DNA of 64,000 nucleotides, from NCBI GenBank assembly GCA_041651055.1, contig JBAZJW010000002.1, forward strand, positions 26,980-90,979, written 5' to 3'. The notes under the pieces were generated by a model. The model was not told the origin of the DNA. It was given only the letters and a program-made list of their open reading frames with translations, and made no database searches. Positions within the stretch are counted from its first letter, which is position 1. Each line of letters opens with the position of its first letter. The position numbers and the translations under genes were made by a program. The DNA is from Minisyncoccota bacterium (lineage in GTDB: Bacteria; Patescibacteriota; Minisyncoccia; Phycocordibacterales; UBA5272). Positions 17,966 through 28,195 of this stretch are shown piece by piece.

Positions 17966-18271
17966 GTGATAACTTCACCAAATGGGTGGTTGTCACCTGA
18001 TGGTGTTTTTCATGAATGTGCACACGCAAGGCACGCTGATTGTGCCGGGAAAATAGCTAGAAGTCACTTACCAGAAAATGAGCCCATTTTTGACTCAGAA
18101 AAGATATTAGAAGAGTGGGGGTATATTAAGATACTTGACGGCGGGGCATGTGTGGCGTATGCTACTGGCGTGGTACACAAAAGGCCGACGCAAGCACAAA
18201 TCGATGCGGTGTTCGATTACCACCAGAAATGTAGGAAGGAACTTCCATATTGGATTGGAGAGCAGGAATGA
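17966..18271 (+). CDS. Hypothetical protein
   Basis: ORF; the start codon is uncertain (GTG). Confidence 0.4.
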   Translation: MITSPNGWLSPDGVFHECAHARHADCAGKIARSHLPENEPIFDSEKILEEWGYIKILDGGACVAYATGVVHKRPTQAQIDAVFDYHQKCRKELPYWIGEQE

Positions 18272-18687
18272 AAGTTACTCTTGAAATGGATGAAAACCAA
18301 GCACGTATCGTACTGCAGGCTTTGGACTGTTTGTCAAGATTGTACTCCGGGCAAGTAGATGTAGTCCTGCACACAGTGCTTGTACACAGCAAGCGGTGGA
18401 AGGAACTGTGTGAGGTGACTGGTGGGCATGGTTCTGCTATTGAGTCTATCAGACACCTAGCTTTGTTGATCGGTGAGTTGATGACTGGTTTGCCTAGTGG
18501 TACTTTCTGGAGTATTGGTAACAGACGAGACATGCATGAAAATGCCCAAACTGCTTGGGACATCAATGAAGTGTTGAGACATGCGCTGGCTTGGTTCAGG
18601 AATCCTAAAGGCGGAGCAACTGTTGACTTTGGCGAGCCAATGCATTGGAATCCAGATCAACCACTCCCCAAAGTAAAAATCGAATGA
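18268..18687 (+). CDS. Hypothetical protein (located just upstream of the large terminase; could be the small terminase subunit by position only)
   Basis: ATGA overlap with the upstream stop; RBS ggagagcagga. Confidence 0.45.
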   Translation: MKVTLEMDENQARIVLQALDCLSRLYSGQVDVVLHTVLVHSKRWKELCEVTGGHGSAIESIRHLALLIGELMTGLPSGTFWSIGNRRDMHENAQTAWDINEVLRHALAWFRNPKGGATVDFGEPMHWNPDQPLPKVKIE

Positions 18688-18785
18688 AGCTGTTGCTGTT
18701 GGCATTACTGCTGTTTGTGGTTCGTTTGCTAATCATTGACAATCATTAATCTACATCATAAATAAATAGAGTATAATGCAAGGTG

Positions 18786-20699
18786 ATGGGTGCTGCACTG
18801 AATATGAAAGATGGCCTGTTCCGTGACATAGATAATATCATAAATGGGGAAAGTATAAGTACTTTTACCAGTGTGGTGAATACTGGTTTAGTGACCCTCG
18901 AACGCCCACCAAATGAAGTAGTTTTTATAGAATCACCTAAATTTCTAAATGGCCCAAAGGAGCTGTGGCCAGAACAGTATAGGTTTACAAGAGACTTCTA
19001 CGAGCTTAGTTGTCCTGTCTGCAATGACTTGGACAAAATGTACCGTGGTGGTGAAATTAAAAGAGAAGACGATGTACTGTTTGAGTATAATGTGTGTCCA
19101 AAATGTGGTGCTAGAAAAGAAGATGTTGTAGAAGCACTCAATTTTTATTATAGCATTAACGGTGTGGTGGGGATGCGTTCCGGTAAGTCTACTGGCATGG
19201 GGTGTTTTTTGGCTGCATTTACTGCCGATATTTTGTGTGTACCTGATCTGCACAAAAAGCTGGGTATAGTTGAATCGGATGCTTTGGATGGCACGTTTGT
19301 GGCCGCTGCACAAAAGCAAGCTTCAGATACTATATGGAGCAAATTTAAGGGCATGTATGATAATAGTCCTTGGTTCCAGTACTACAAACATGCTTTGCTT
19401 GATATTGAGGTGAACGATAAGCGGTTTAGGCGCGGTGAGTTGTACTGGGAGACAGACAATCTCATACACTGGCAAGATAAACACATACGGCTTACTGCTG
19501 TGCCCACCAACTCAGCTACGCAGGCTGGACGCACGCGCATTTTTGCGGTGATAGACGAGCTGGCTAGGTTAGACTCAGGAGAAAGCAAGCGGTCTGCATC
19601 AGAAGTGTACCGCGTGCTTGAAAACTCATTGTACACTGTGCGTCAAGCTGTGTCTGAGTTGCGTGCAAAAGGCAATATAGAGATACCAGATGCTGTGATG
19701 GCTTCTATATCTTCCCCGTTGTTTCAAACCGACAAGTCTATGAGTCTGTTGGATGATGCTAAGATCGACAAGCGCATATATGCTTTCAAGAAGGCTACGT
19801 GGGAATTCAATCCACACTCCAAAAAAGAAGATTTTGCTTCATTATACGCACGCGATCCGATAGGCACAGAGCGCGATTTTGGTGCCAACCCGCCTGGAGC
19901 CGAAAACCCGTTTATTAAGGACCCAAACATAATCAAGGCATGCACGGATTACAAGCGCACCTCGTGTTTTACTCTTAGAGAAAATTACTTTGATCTCAAA
20001 GCAGGAACAGAAGGTAATGAAGCTACATTCCATTTTGTGAAGATGGATATTTTGAATATGTCTTATATGAATTTAGCTGAGTACGTGATACACTGTGACC
20101 CAGGCGAAACCGGAGACAGCTTTTCACTTACACTAGCACACAAACAAGACGGTGTTTGTTGTATAGACGGTTACATAGAAATACGCCCGGTTCCGGAGGG
20201 AAGTCAATTTAGTAAAGTACCTCGTTCCGTACACTTTCCCTCAGTGGTGAATTTGATATTGGCTTTGCACAAAAAGATAAAAATCAGATTGGTGACATAC
20301 GACAAATGGAATAGTACTGAACAAATACACCGCCTCATAGATGCAGGTATTATAGCCATAGGTAAAAACCTGACCAGGGATGATCATCTAAATTTCCTGG
20401 AAGGTTTGAATAGTGGTTGGGTTAGTATGCCTGCACCGGAAGTAGAGGTAGCCGATCCTTCAAATATGAGAAATGTGCCGTGTGCCCAGGCACTGTATGA
20501 ATTGAGTAAATTAAATGATAATGGAGCAAAAGTAGATCACCCACCGTATGGTCACAACGACATTATACAGGGCGGGGTTGGGGTATACCGATCTTTGATG
20601 CATCCAGACCTAATACCAATTGAAAAGAAAAAGACCAAACAAACGTGGCAAAACCGACAGAAAGTGCCGCCAGTTACTTTAACCAGACTTAGACGTTAG
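18786..20699 (+). CDS. terL: Terminase large subunit with an N-terminal zinc-ribbon insertion
   Basis: Walker A VGMRSGKSTG; C-terminal nuclease-type region; CPVCNDL...CPKCG ribbon; size about 637 aa. Confidence 0.85.
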   Translation: MGAALNMKDGLFRDIDNIINGESISTFTSVVNTGLVTLERPPNEVVFIESPKFLNGPKELWPEQYRFTRDFYELSCPVCNDLDKMYRGGEIKREDDVLFEYNVCPKCGARKEDVVEALNFYYSINGVVGMRSGKSTGMGCFLAAFTADILCVPDLHKKLGIVESDALDGTFVAAAQKQASDTIWSKFKGMYDNSPWFQYYKHALLDIEVNDKRFRRGELYWETDNLIHWQDKHIRLTAVPTNSATQAGRTRIFAVIDELARLDSGESKRSASEVYRVLENSLYTVRQAVSELRAKGNIEIPDAVMASISSPLFQTDKSMSLLDDAKIDKRIYAFKKATWEFNPHSKKEDFASLYARDPIGTERDFGANPPGAENPFIKDPNIIKACTDYKRTSCFTLRENYFDLKAGTEGNEATFHFVKMDILNMSYMNLAEYVIHCDPGETGDSFSLTLAHKQDGVCCIDGYIEIRPVPEGSQFSKVPRSVHFPSVVNLILALHKKIKIRLVTYDKWNSTEQIHRLIDAGIIAIGKNLTRDDHLNFLEGLNSGWVSMPAPEVEVADPSNMRNVPCAQALYELSKLNDNGAKVDHPPYGHNDIIQGGVGVYRSLMHPDLIPIEKKKTKQTWQNRQKVPPVTLTRLRR

Positions 20700-20725
20700 T
20701 GAATAACATCATTGGATTTGGGTGG

Positions 20726-20753
20726 TTTACTGGTGTATAACAGGTAGTATAAT
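20726..20753 (+). promoter_or_regulatory. Sigma70-like promoter TTTACT-N16-TATAAT
   Basis: TTTACTGGTGT...GTAGTATAAT. Confidence 0.5.
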
Positions 20754-20773
20754 ACTACAAAGGAGTAGGTATA

Positions 20774-21058
20774 ATGAAACGAAGAGCACAAGAAGTTGAG
20801 CCTGATTTTTCTGATAGAGAGTACTGGGTGGCGGCCGTAGAGAATTTGCAGGATGCCTATGAACATGTGCAGGAGGCCGTCAGAAAGTTTGACGAAGCCA
20901 ATGAAAACATGACTCACACTTCAGATCCTGAGGCCAATCCTGAATTTTATGCCCATGACATTAACGAAATCTTTTCCTATGACCGAGAGATACTATACAA
21001 GGCATTGACCATGCTGAGTGAGCTTCAGGGCAATATTGAGAAGATGTACATGGAGTAG
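20774..21058 (+). CDS. Hypothetical acidic protein
   Basis: RBS aaaggag. Confidence 0.45.
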   Translation: MKRRAQEVEPDFSDREYWVAAVENLQDAYEHVQEAVRKFDEANENMTHTSDPEANPEFYAHDINEIFSYDREILYKALTMLSELQGNIEKMYME

Positions 21059-22298
21059 GTTTTACTTGTCGTATCTAATCAGAAAAGCTATACTTTGTTT
21101 ACAGGCAAAGTATGTAACGCCTCGTCAAAGTGATATCGATAAATTTCGAGATGACTTTCTTGTGCTTATGAAAAATGTCAAGCTTTTGAGCCCAGACGAC
21201 AAAGAGACTGCTGAAGAGTTCAAGCAAATAGCCAATCGTTATACTGTGCAACTGCGTGGTTACTTGCAATCGCTGTTGAAGGCGATGGAAGAAAAGAAAA
21301 CCTCTTTTGATTTGAATCAAAAACACCCTAAATTCTATCCGTATGTTTCTCGTGTTTGGGCACAAGTGCCATTTTACGTGAAGCAGTCTAAAGTGGTGTG
21401 GAGTTTTTTGCATGAATTGCAAGATTTGTACTATGGAGACGCATTGTCATCTTGGGCTTCGCGTACCAAGCGCAAGGCGCGGGCCGCTTGGAAGTGGTTT
21501 GAAACTGTCCTTTCATTTATTGACGAAAGACGTACTTCTGGCGGCACAGAAGATGATTTGAAGATGCAAGTCTTAGAAGAGGAGCTGGTTAGTACAGCAG
21601 GTTTCGATGTGCAATTGGTTGGATATGAAGATACAGAGAGCCATCAGAAGTGGTTAGGTATACTGCGCTCGGCTTTGAGGGTGTTTAAAGAAAAAGCCAA
21701 CAAGGTGGTGCCGTGGATAGTAGAGTATGCTCTTCCTTTCCGAGTTGAGTTTTCATTTGAAAGAGGGTCTTCTGCAGGTGCCTACGGCTATTCAGGTACA
21801 TATGAATATGACCACATCAATGTTTACCCATGGTCTTTTGGTGACGTAAATAAGGTGGTGCACACTTTAGCGCATGAAATGGGCCACCACATGTTTAGGT
21901 CGATGTCTGCTGAACACGTAAAAGAGTTTACGGAATTGATGAAAGGTAACGAAGAGTGGGATCTCATGGAGCTGGTGCTGTTGTATGACGCAAACGCAGA
22001 AGAGTCAGAACTTGCTTTTGAACAGCGCATCAAGTCACAGTATCCGGACATCTATTACAAGTGGATGGCGGCTGCCAACAAATATGAAGGATACAACTTT
22101 CATTTCATCCAAAAAGTGGTGGAATACTTACAGGGTGGCGGAGATCCGAAGGTAAACATACCATCTAAGATAGTCACACCATATGGCACCAAAAATCCAG
22201 AAGAAGCTTTCTGTGAAACTGTAGGTATGTTGGTGGCTTATGGATCACGCACTGTAGATGAAGAAGTAAGAGAACTATTCAAAAAGCTGAAACTGTGA
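21018..22298 (+). CDS. Putative zinc metallopeptidase-like protein (HExxH)
   Basis: LAHEMGHHMF motif; the start is uncertain because it overlaps the upstream gene. Confidence 0.5.
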   Translation: MSFRAILRRCTWSRFYLSYLIRKAILCLQAKYVTPRQSDIDKFRDDFLVLMKNVKLLSPDDKETAEEFKQIANRYTVQLRGYLQSLLKAMEEKKTSFDLNQKHPKFYPYVSRVWAQVPFYVKQSKVVWSFLHELQDLYYGDALSSWASRTKRKARAAWKWFETVLSFIDERRTSGGTEDDLKMQVLEEELVSTAGFDVQLVGYEDTESHQKWLGILRSALRVFKEKANKVVPWIVEYALPFRVEFSFERGSSAGAYGYSGTYEYDHINVYPWSFGDVNKVVHTLAHEMGHHMFRSMSAEHVKEFTELMKGNEEWDLMELVLLYDANAEESELAFEQRIKSQYPDIYYKWMAAANKYEGYNFHFIQKVVEYLQGGGDPKVNIPSKIVTPYGTKNPEEAFCETVGMLVAYGSRTVDEEVRELFKKLKL

Positions 22299-22310
22299 AG
22301 GAGAAGGTTT

Positions 22311-22613
22311 ATGAACCCAATACAGTCCGCCATCAAGGCGCTGTCCGAAAGCAAACACATAGTACGTGGTATAGAAGTGGGTGATACATTAGTAGCAATC
22401 GATGATCATGTGGTGGGTGGTGGTCCTGGGCAGCCAGAGGTTTTTGTGTCTGCTGGTGAACATGTGCGTGTCAAAGAAATACACGATGCTTCAGTTACTG
22501 TAAAGTTGGTAGATCGCACAGAATTGGAAAAAGAGTGGGGCAAGTATGAAGTCAACCGCGTTGATTTAGATCTGTCTGATCTTGACCATTATGTGGATGC
22601 CAAGGTATACTAA
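22311..22613 (+). CDS. Leader-family protein (MNPIQSAIKALSES)
   Basis: RBS aaggag; carries the shared N-terminal motif. Confidence 0.5.
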   Translation: MNPIQSAIKALSESKHIVRGIEVGDTLVAIDDHVVGGGPGQPEVFVSAGEHVRVKEIHDASVTVKLVDRTELEKEWGKYEVNRVDLDLSDLDHYVDAKVY

Positions 22614-22625
22614 AAGGAGTAATTC

Positions 22626-22886
22626 GTGCCAGAGCTAGATACACCCTTTACCGATGATAACCTTTACTCCAGGTATAGGAGTGAAGTCATTAGGATTATC
22701 AAAAACAGTGTCTTTCCGGTGCTTGAACAGTATTTAGAAGAGTTAGCTGAGGATTTGGCTGAAGACGGTGCAACAGAAGATTCAGAGTATGTGGAAGAAC
22801 TGCTTACGAACAACAGGTATCAATTAACCAGGGAGTACAAGAAGATACTAAAAACGTTGTTAGACTTTCCTGGGTTTGGAGAATAA
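22626..22886 (+). CDS. Hypothetical acidic protein
   Basis: GTG start with RBS aaggag. Confidence 0.4.
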   Translation: MPELDTPFTDDNLYSRYRSEVIRIIKNSVFPVLEQYLEELAEDLAEDGATEDSEYVEELLTNNRYQLTREYKKILKTLLDFPGFGE

Positions 22887-22889
22887 CGG

Positions 22890-23600
22890 TTGAAACGTGT
22901 GGCACAGTCTCCTGCTCTTTTTGATGCAGACGCTCGCTTAGATCCTGCTGTGCGTGAAGTCCTGTTGCAAATAGCTCAAGACATCTTAGATGCTTTAAAT
23001 GAAGAGGGCGTGCACGTACCCCCGAAATTCCTGGTGCTTACCGGATCCATGACCGGTTTTGACTACAAAGAGACATCAGACATAGACTTGCATATAGGCT
23101 ACGATCCGTTAGATTTTGAAGATCCTCAAGCCGTAAAGCTGCTGTTCCGTTACTATCAGAAAAGTTTCAATGCAGAGCCGTATGATTTACGAGATCACCC
23201 CATTGAGTTGTATTTTCAAGACGTGAACGAAGAGCACGTGTCGCCTGGCGTATATGATTTGATCAAGGATGCCTGGGTTAAATGGCCGGAGTCTCCTTCG
23301 TATATTAATGAAGAGGCTGTAGAAGAGTTTTATAATGGCACCACATATCTCATAGACAACTTCATCGTCGTTTATGAGCAGCAAAAGGGCAGCATGACCA
23401 TGAATGATAGGAAGCGCTTTCTTTCAGACGTAAAGGCGTTGAAAGACTTTATACGGGAAAAACGGTCAGAAGGTCTTCACTCTCCTGCGGGCGTGTATTC
23501 AGTACAAAATCTTGGATTCAAGCAGCTCCGTGAGCACTTAGACTTAGATAACTTGAATGCACTGGTGCATCGAGTGCAAGACGATATCTATGAGGCATGA
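22890..23600 (+). CDS. Minimal nucleotidyltransferase (Pol-beta superfamily) domain protein
   Basis: LVLTGSMTGFDYKETSDIDLHIGYD matches the hG[GS]x9-13 Dh[DE]h NTase signature. Confidence 0.5.
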   Translation: MKRVAQSPALFDADARLDPAVREVLLQIAQDILDALNEEGVHVPPKFLVLTGSMTGFDYKETSDIDLHIGYDPLDFEDPQAVKLLFRYYQKSFNAEPYDLRDHPIELYFQDVNEEHVSPGVYDLIKDAWVKWPESPSYINEEAVEEFYNGTTYLIDNFIVVYEQQKGSMTMNDRKRFLSDVKALKDFIREKRSEGLHSPAGVYSVQNLGFKQLREHLDLDNLNALVHRVQDDIYEA

Positions 23601-24343
23601 TGTTTGTATCAGCCAAATTGCGTAATGAGTTGAGGTCCGTAAAGGACCTGCTTACCATGTCTAACGCTGACAAGGGTTTTGATCTGGCTGTGATGGATCC
23701 AAACATGTTTCTTACCTGGTACAGAAAAAATGTTGGTGAAGCAAACTTTGAGGATGAACAGCAGTTCATTGAAAGTTTGTATGCAACGGATAAATCGGTG
23801 TTAGGTAACTATTTCGATGATGGAGATGTGCGGTACAGTTTGCTTAATGATCCTGATGCACCACCTTTTTTGTTTATGGACTTTGAAGAAGCTGTCTTTA
23901 ATAAATGGATGATTCATTTTACGGATAGTGCGTATAATGTGGCTTTGAAAGGCTTTAAATACGGCACACCAAATTTGGAGAGTTTGCCCTATACGAGACA
24001 TACTCCACAGAAATATAAAACGGGTGGGTATAACTTTGCGTATGATTTGGATGATCTGCACTATGCTTTTACGGGTAAAGGTACTAAGTATGGAAAAGAA
24101 GCGGTAATGTTTCAAGCTACTGGTATAAAAGTATATCATCACGGTGATGAAGAGCCGCAGGTAATATTTTGGGGTGAAACCGCCAGGAATTTTGTACCAA
24201 TCCTTGTCAATGGTGATACAGACGATTGGGCTGTTGGAGAAGACAAAGAAGGTTTTCCGGTATACCATCACGAAAGTTTAGATAAGGTCGTGGATTGGGT
24301 GGTAGCCAATTTCAATCAATACAAGGGAGTCTTAATAGTATGA
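23597..24343 (+). CDS. Hypothetical protein
   Basis: ORF overlapping the upstream stop. Confidence 0.5.
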   Translation: MMFVSAKLRNELRSVKDLLTMSNADKGFDLAVMDPNMFLTWYRKNVGEANFEDEQQFIESLYATDKSVLGNYFDDGDVRYSLLNDPDAPPFLFMDFEEAVFNKWMIHFTDSAYNVALKGFKYGTPNLESLPYTRHTPQKYKTGGYNFAYDLDDLHYAFTGKGTKYGKEAVMFQATGIKVYHHGDEEPQVIFWGETARNFVPILVNGDTDDWAVGEDKEGFPVYHHESLDKVVDWVVANFNQYKGVLIV

Positions 24344-24600
24344 ATTCTGTACATCAAGCTATTCGAGTTTTGTCCCGTACTTTGTTTTGGGTAACTGATA
24401 AGTATGGATTTTTCACCACTGCAGTAGACAGCCTGGTAGCTGATCGAATCGTCAAGAGATTTGGACTTAATAAGGATCATGATTTTCACCACGCAGATCG
24501 TTACGAAGGTAAGGGCATGGAAGTCATGAAAGATAAAGGGAGTTGCCGCGTGACCGCCTACAATGAAAAAGCCAAGAGACTCATAGAGGATGTACTGTGA
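24340..24600 (+). CDS. Leader-family protein (MNSVHQAIRVLSRT)
   Basis: ATG overlaps the upstream stop; carries the shared N-terminal motif. Confidence 0.45.
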   Translation: MNSVHQAIRVLSRTLFWVTDKYGFFTTAVDSLVADRIVKRFGLNKDHDFHHADRYEGKGMEVMKDKGSCRVTAYNEKAKRLIEDVL

Positions 24601-24657
24601 TGTAGGTGTTGTGCCCACATCGGGTATAATAAACGTAAACGATAAGAGGAGATTGTA

Positions 24658-25497
24658 ATGTACCAAGTGAGATCAATGATTCAGGGCATCTTTTCCCTTT
24701 CGCTCGAACGTGGCGTGCTGAACATGCAACCGGGACATATGTATGACCTGGAATTATACTGTTCTAGGCAGTGGATAGCAGAAAACCACATATTGAATAA
24801 TTTACTCAATCGTGGTATAATAAAAGTGACTTATGATTCTCAAAAGGATCCACACCCTAAGCACAATCTCAAGAATGCGGGGAAGAAAGTACAACCCGTG
24901 TTTGTGAGAAAAGAACAGTTGGAACCAAAACCACAGCCAAAGAAAGTACCTGTGCCGCAGGGGCGCGGCAATGTGACTATCATTGAATACGTGGATGGGA
25001 AGCGTGTAGACAAGGTGGACCCAGGTGATGCGGAGTGTGATGCTGTGGTACCTGAGGATTGGAATACACCTCCTGGAGTGGTGAAGGCATCAGACCAGCC
25101 CGAGGTACCAGCAAAGCCAGAGGAAGTACCTCCGGAGGTCAAGGAAGTACCGAAGACTGATCCTGTACCAGAGGAAGTGAAGATAGGCACGCCTGCGTTC
25201 GAAGGTGCGTTGAAAGATTTGGCTGACGAGGTGATTAAGAAGCAAGCCAACAAAATCTTGAAGAAGAAGATGAAGGAAGAGGCTTGGGAAAAGTTAGAGG
25301 AAGCGCACAAGGCAATGGACGAAAAGAAAGTCGAAGAGCCGATAGTGACTAGTGGTCCTATAGATGAGACACCGGTATTGACTGAGAGTTACTTGAATGA
25401 ACTTTCCACCAAGGATCTCAAGAAACTGGCCAAAGAGCGTGGTATGAAGAGCAACTTGAAGAAGCAGGAATTGGTACAATCACTGATAGGAAAGTAG
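24658..25497 (+). CDS. Pro/Glu/Val-rich protein with C-terminal SAP-like DNA-binding motif
   Basis: RBS aagaggag; low-complexity PEVPAKPEEVPPEVKEVP region; C-terminal LSTKDLKKLAKERGMKSNLKKQELVQSLI. Confidence 0.5.
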   Translation: MYQVRSMIQGIFSLSLERGVLNMQPGHMYDLELYCSRQWIAENHILNNLLNRGIIKVTYDSQKDPHPKHNLKNAGKKVQPVFVRKEQLEPKPQPKKVPVPQGRGNVTIIEYVDGKRVDKVDPGDAECDAVVPEDWNTPPGVVKASDQPEVPAKPEEVPPEVKEVPKTDPVPEEVKIGTPAFEGALKDLADEVIKKQANKILKKKMKEEAWEKLEEAHKAMDEKKVEEPIVTSGPIDETPVLTESYLNELSTKDLKKLAKERGMKSNLKKQELVQSLIGK

Positions 25498-25504
25498 GTG
25501 TGAC

Positions 25505-25729
25505 ATGCCATTGGATCCTAAAACCAGGAAACTGTTGAGAAGCGTTGCTGAAGCGAGACGTGTGTTAGGTATCTTAGAAGAAGCTATCATGCACAATGAA
25601 ATTACTGCTGGTGTATTAAATCAGTACATGGATTTTGATGTGTTTGATAGAGAGGTTGATGGCATATTAGATGATGTTGCTGGGTGGATAAATGATGCAT
25701 TTGAAGATATGTCTAGATCGGAGGGCTAA
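25505..25729 (+). CDS. Hypothetical acidic protein
   Basis: ORF. Confidence 0.4.
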   Translation: MPLDPKTRKLLRSVAEARRVLGILEEAIMHNEITAGVLNQYMDFDVFDREVDGILDDVAGWINDAFEDMSRSEG

Positions 25730-25730
25730 T

Positions 25731-26051
25731 ATGAAGTCTATAGACAAAGCGGTGCAAGTCATTGGACAAGAGCGCAGACACAGCATGCCTGCTAATATAC
25801 CAAGTGGTTGGGACCAGGCTTGGCTGGCGGGGTTTTTGAAGGAAATAGAAGCGCACTATGATTCGGTGCAGGAGTTTCAAAGGAGCATAGATGCTGTGCT
25901 GCAAGAGTTAGACAGCAGTGATGAAAGACTTGGTGTTGGAGCGTATTTGAAAAGTCTTATGGCTGCAGCCAGCAAGTTTGAGGATGCATTGGAAACTGCA
26001 CACAATTTCTTGAACGTGGATCCAGAACACACTGGTATACCTATAGACTGA
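25731..26051 (+). CDS. Leader-family protein (MKSIDKAVQVIGQE)
   Basis: ATG immediately after the upstream stop. Confidence 0.45.
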   Translation: MKSIDKAVQVIGQERRHSMPANIPSGWDQAWLAGFLKEIEAHYDSVQEFQRSIDAVLQELDSSDERLGVGAYLKSLMAAASKFEDALETAHNFLNVDPEHTGIPID

Positions 26052-26059
26052 GGTGTGTT

Positions 26060-26308
26060 GTGGGTGCTTACCTTAACAAAGCAGTAAAGGTTTTGAGCGG
26101 TGTTCCTGCCATACTGTATTCTCACCCCGAGATTCGGGATTATTACAGAAAAAATGATGAAAAGGTGGTTACTGCTTGGGGAGCTTTATCTGGGCCTGCA
26201 CACGGCATGCGCATTTATGTACAAACAAGGAGCCCAGAACGCATAGATACCTGGAGTCATGAGAAAGGGTTTTGGCATATCGTAGACACACGTAAAGTGG
26301 ATGTGTAG
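26060..26308 (+). CDS. Leader-family protein (MGAYLNKAVKVLSGV)
   Basis: GTG start with RBS gaggtg. Confidence 0.45.
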   Translation: MGAYLNKAVKVLSGVPAILYSHPEIRDYYRKNDEKVVTAWGALSGPAHGMRIYVQTRSPERIDTWSHEKGFWHIVDTRKVDV

Positions 26309-26504
26309 TGTGGGTCTGCATCGAGAGTTTGTGGTATCTGAACCATGTGGGCCTGGTGGATATGACTGTGCGTGCTGTTACGATGGTAGGTCCGGTAAGC
26401 GTGGTGCCAAGAAACACAAGCGTTGTAACCATGCGCGTAAAAGTGGTTTGAGACAAAGAGCAAAGCAAGAAACTGCACGAGATACACTTTGAGATCGGAT
26501 CGAA

Positions 26505-27260
26505 ATGCTTTCTGAGTCACAAAAAGGTATCACCAAGGATGAGTTGATCCTCATCTATGAACTCATGTACAAGTGGGGTATGATACAATCTTATGAGCGT
26601 GAACATGGGTATTTACCAGATCATGTGCTGCGATATGCCACGAAGATAGAGTCTGATCTTAGGTTTCACATAAAGCAAGGATTAGAAGCACTCATAGAAG
26701 CATGCGAGGCGTGGATAGAATATCACACATTTGACCAAGATGGTTGGTATGTGGACATTTTAGAAATTGATTCATTGAAAGAACAGATCAAACACGCTAT
26801 GGCAACTTTGTTGATAGACAGGCACGATGTACTGAAGGTCATAAAAAAGCTGATACCTGTGTACTTAAATGGATATAATGAAAAAGACCTGTGGTCGATA
26901 GTGCATCAATTAGAAGATGAAATAAAAGCTATTCATAAAGAGTTTTTTTATGAACTTTCTGAAGATGAGTATAAACACTGGATGAATCACCCAGTAGTTA
27001 AATCGATAGTGCACATGAAAAATAGCTTACAAATACATACTGATGATTTAGGTGATTTAGTATCTGCTTTTAATAGAGGAGTGTCAACAGCACACCACCA
27101 CGGTCAATTAGGTGAGTATATTTTGAAAGACTCCGGTCCACAAATTTTTGATGATCTCTCTTCAGGCAAGTACACAGGACAGTGGGACAAAGACTTGGAA
27201 AAGATCTTAGGTAGGAAAGTGTCAACCTTAATCCTCGCTGCTATAAAGGAGCTGACCTGA
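26505..27260 (+). CDS. Hypothetical protein, paralog of the 30723 gene
   Basis: WIEYHTFDQDGW aligns with WVDFHTFEGSLEH; similar C-terminus ...LAAIKELT versus LAINVLGET. Confidence 0.5.
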   Translation: MLSESQKGITKDELILIYELMYKWGMIQSYEREHGYLPDHVLRYATKIESDLRFHIKQGLEALIEACEAWIEYHTFDQDGWYVDILEIDSLKEQIKHAMATLLIDRHDVLKVIKKLIPVYLNGYNEKDLWSIVHQLEDEIKAIHKEFFYELSEDEYKHWMNHPVVKSIVHMKNSLQIHTDDLGDLVSAFNRGVSTAHHHGQLGEYILKDSGPQIFDDLSSGKYTGQWDKDLEKILGRKVSTLILAAIKELT

Positions 27261-27262
27261 TC

Positions 27263-27496
27263 ATGGACATCGATGTCGTTTTGTTTGAAAATCTGGGTAA
27301 AAATGGAGATCTAGAGAGCCTGGAGATAAATTATTGCATTGGAAAGAGAGAGGCTACGCTATATTTAGACAAAGATGAAGTCGATGGTTTATATCGATTG
27401 CAGCAGTGTGATAAAATAGACGAGTTAGAAGATGTGCAAGTAAAAGATACTATTTATGAAGAAGTGTTGCACTACGTAGAAAACATGAAAGGGTAA
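27263..27496 (+). CDS. Hypothetical acidic protein
   Basis: ORF; its 3' end lies inside repeat A. Confidence 0.45.
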   Translation: MDIDVVLFENLGKNGDLESLEINYCIGKREATLYLDKDEVDGLYRLQQCDKIDELEDVQVKDTIYEEVLHYVENMKG

Positions 27497-27527
27497 AGAC
27501 ATGAACTGGTTGAAAAAAGCAGTGGGT
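27407..27527 (+). repeat. Direct repeat A, copy 1 (about 115 bp, near-identical to 28082-28195)
   Basis: gataaaatagacgagttagaagatgtgcaagtaaaagatactatttatgaagaagtgttg...catgaactggttgaaaaaagc. Confidence 0.8.
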
Positions 27528-28001
27528 GTATTGGGTGTGGATATGCACGATAAATTCAGACAGAACGTTGAAAGCGGTAAGTGGTTGATAATGAAAATAC
27601 CACTCTACGCTCGTCGTTTTCTGGATAACAAACTTGGTAAATTATTTCCATATTATGCTAGTGAACGTCCACAACTGCCTTCTGCTGGAAAACCAGTTAC
27701 ATCGTGGACCCTACCAAGTGGTTCTAGTGTTCCGTGTCTGGTATTTTTGCCAGGAGACGAAGACATAGCTATGCAATACTTAGATGAGGCCAAGAAATCC
27801 CGAACCCAAGAAACCGAAGAGGGTGCGATTGGGGCAGTTGATAGGGCAATTGCTGTATGGGAACAAAATGGTCCCTTTTTACTAAAAGAGATAACTAATG
27901 CTGGGGACACAAAAATAGTAGCACAGGAACTGCGCAAAGCGGGGTTTGAAATGCGTGCTCTTCCAATGTATGGCAGCCCTAGAGTGTGGTATAAAAGATG
28001 A
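27501..28001 (+). CDS. Leader-family protein (MNWLKKAVGVLGV)
   Basis: ORF carrying the shared N-terminal motif. Confidence 0.5.
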   Translation: MNWLKKAVGVLGVDMHDKFRQNVESGKWLIMKIPLYARRFLDNKLGKLFPYYASERPQLPSAGKPVTSWTLPSGSSVPCLVFLPGDEDIAMQYLDEAKKSRTQETEEGAIGAVDRAIAVWEQNGPFLLKEITNAGDTKIVAQELRKAGFEMRALPMYGSPRVWYKR

Positions 28002-28002
28002 T

Positions 28003-28092
28003 TATCAAGGCGCAAGAAGTCCTTCCAGTCAACGTGGCTATCACTGATACTACTCAGTTGCAAGACGTGTTTGAGAGCAGTGTGGTAAAATA
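28003..28092 (+). pseudogene. Truncated remnant of the N-terminus of the 28476 gene (MIIKAQEVLPVNVAITDTTQLQDVFESSVVK*)
   Basis: Contains repeat B copy 1; nucleotide-level match to 28486-28553. Confidence 0.5.
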
Positions 28093-28195
28093 GATGAGTT
28101 AGAAGATGTGCAAGTAAAAGATACTATTTATGAAGAAGTGTTGGCTTATACTGAAAACATGAAAGGTAAATTGACATGAACTGGTTGAAAAAAGC
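28082..28195 (+). repeat. Direct repeat A, copy 2
   Basis: Near-identical to 27407-27527. Confidence 0.8.

Noticed and set aside
18736-18775. TTGACA ... TATAAT upstream of the terminase as a sigma70 promoter
   Set aside because: The spacer is about 30 nt, so it is not a functional -35/-10 pair as written.
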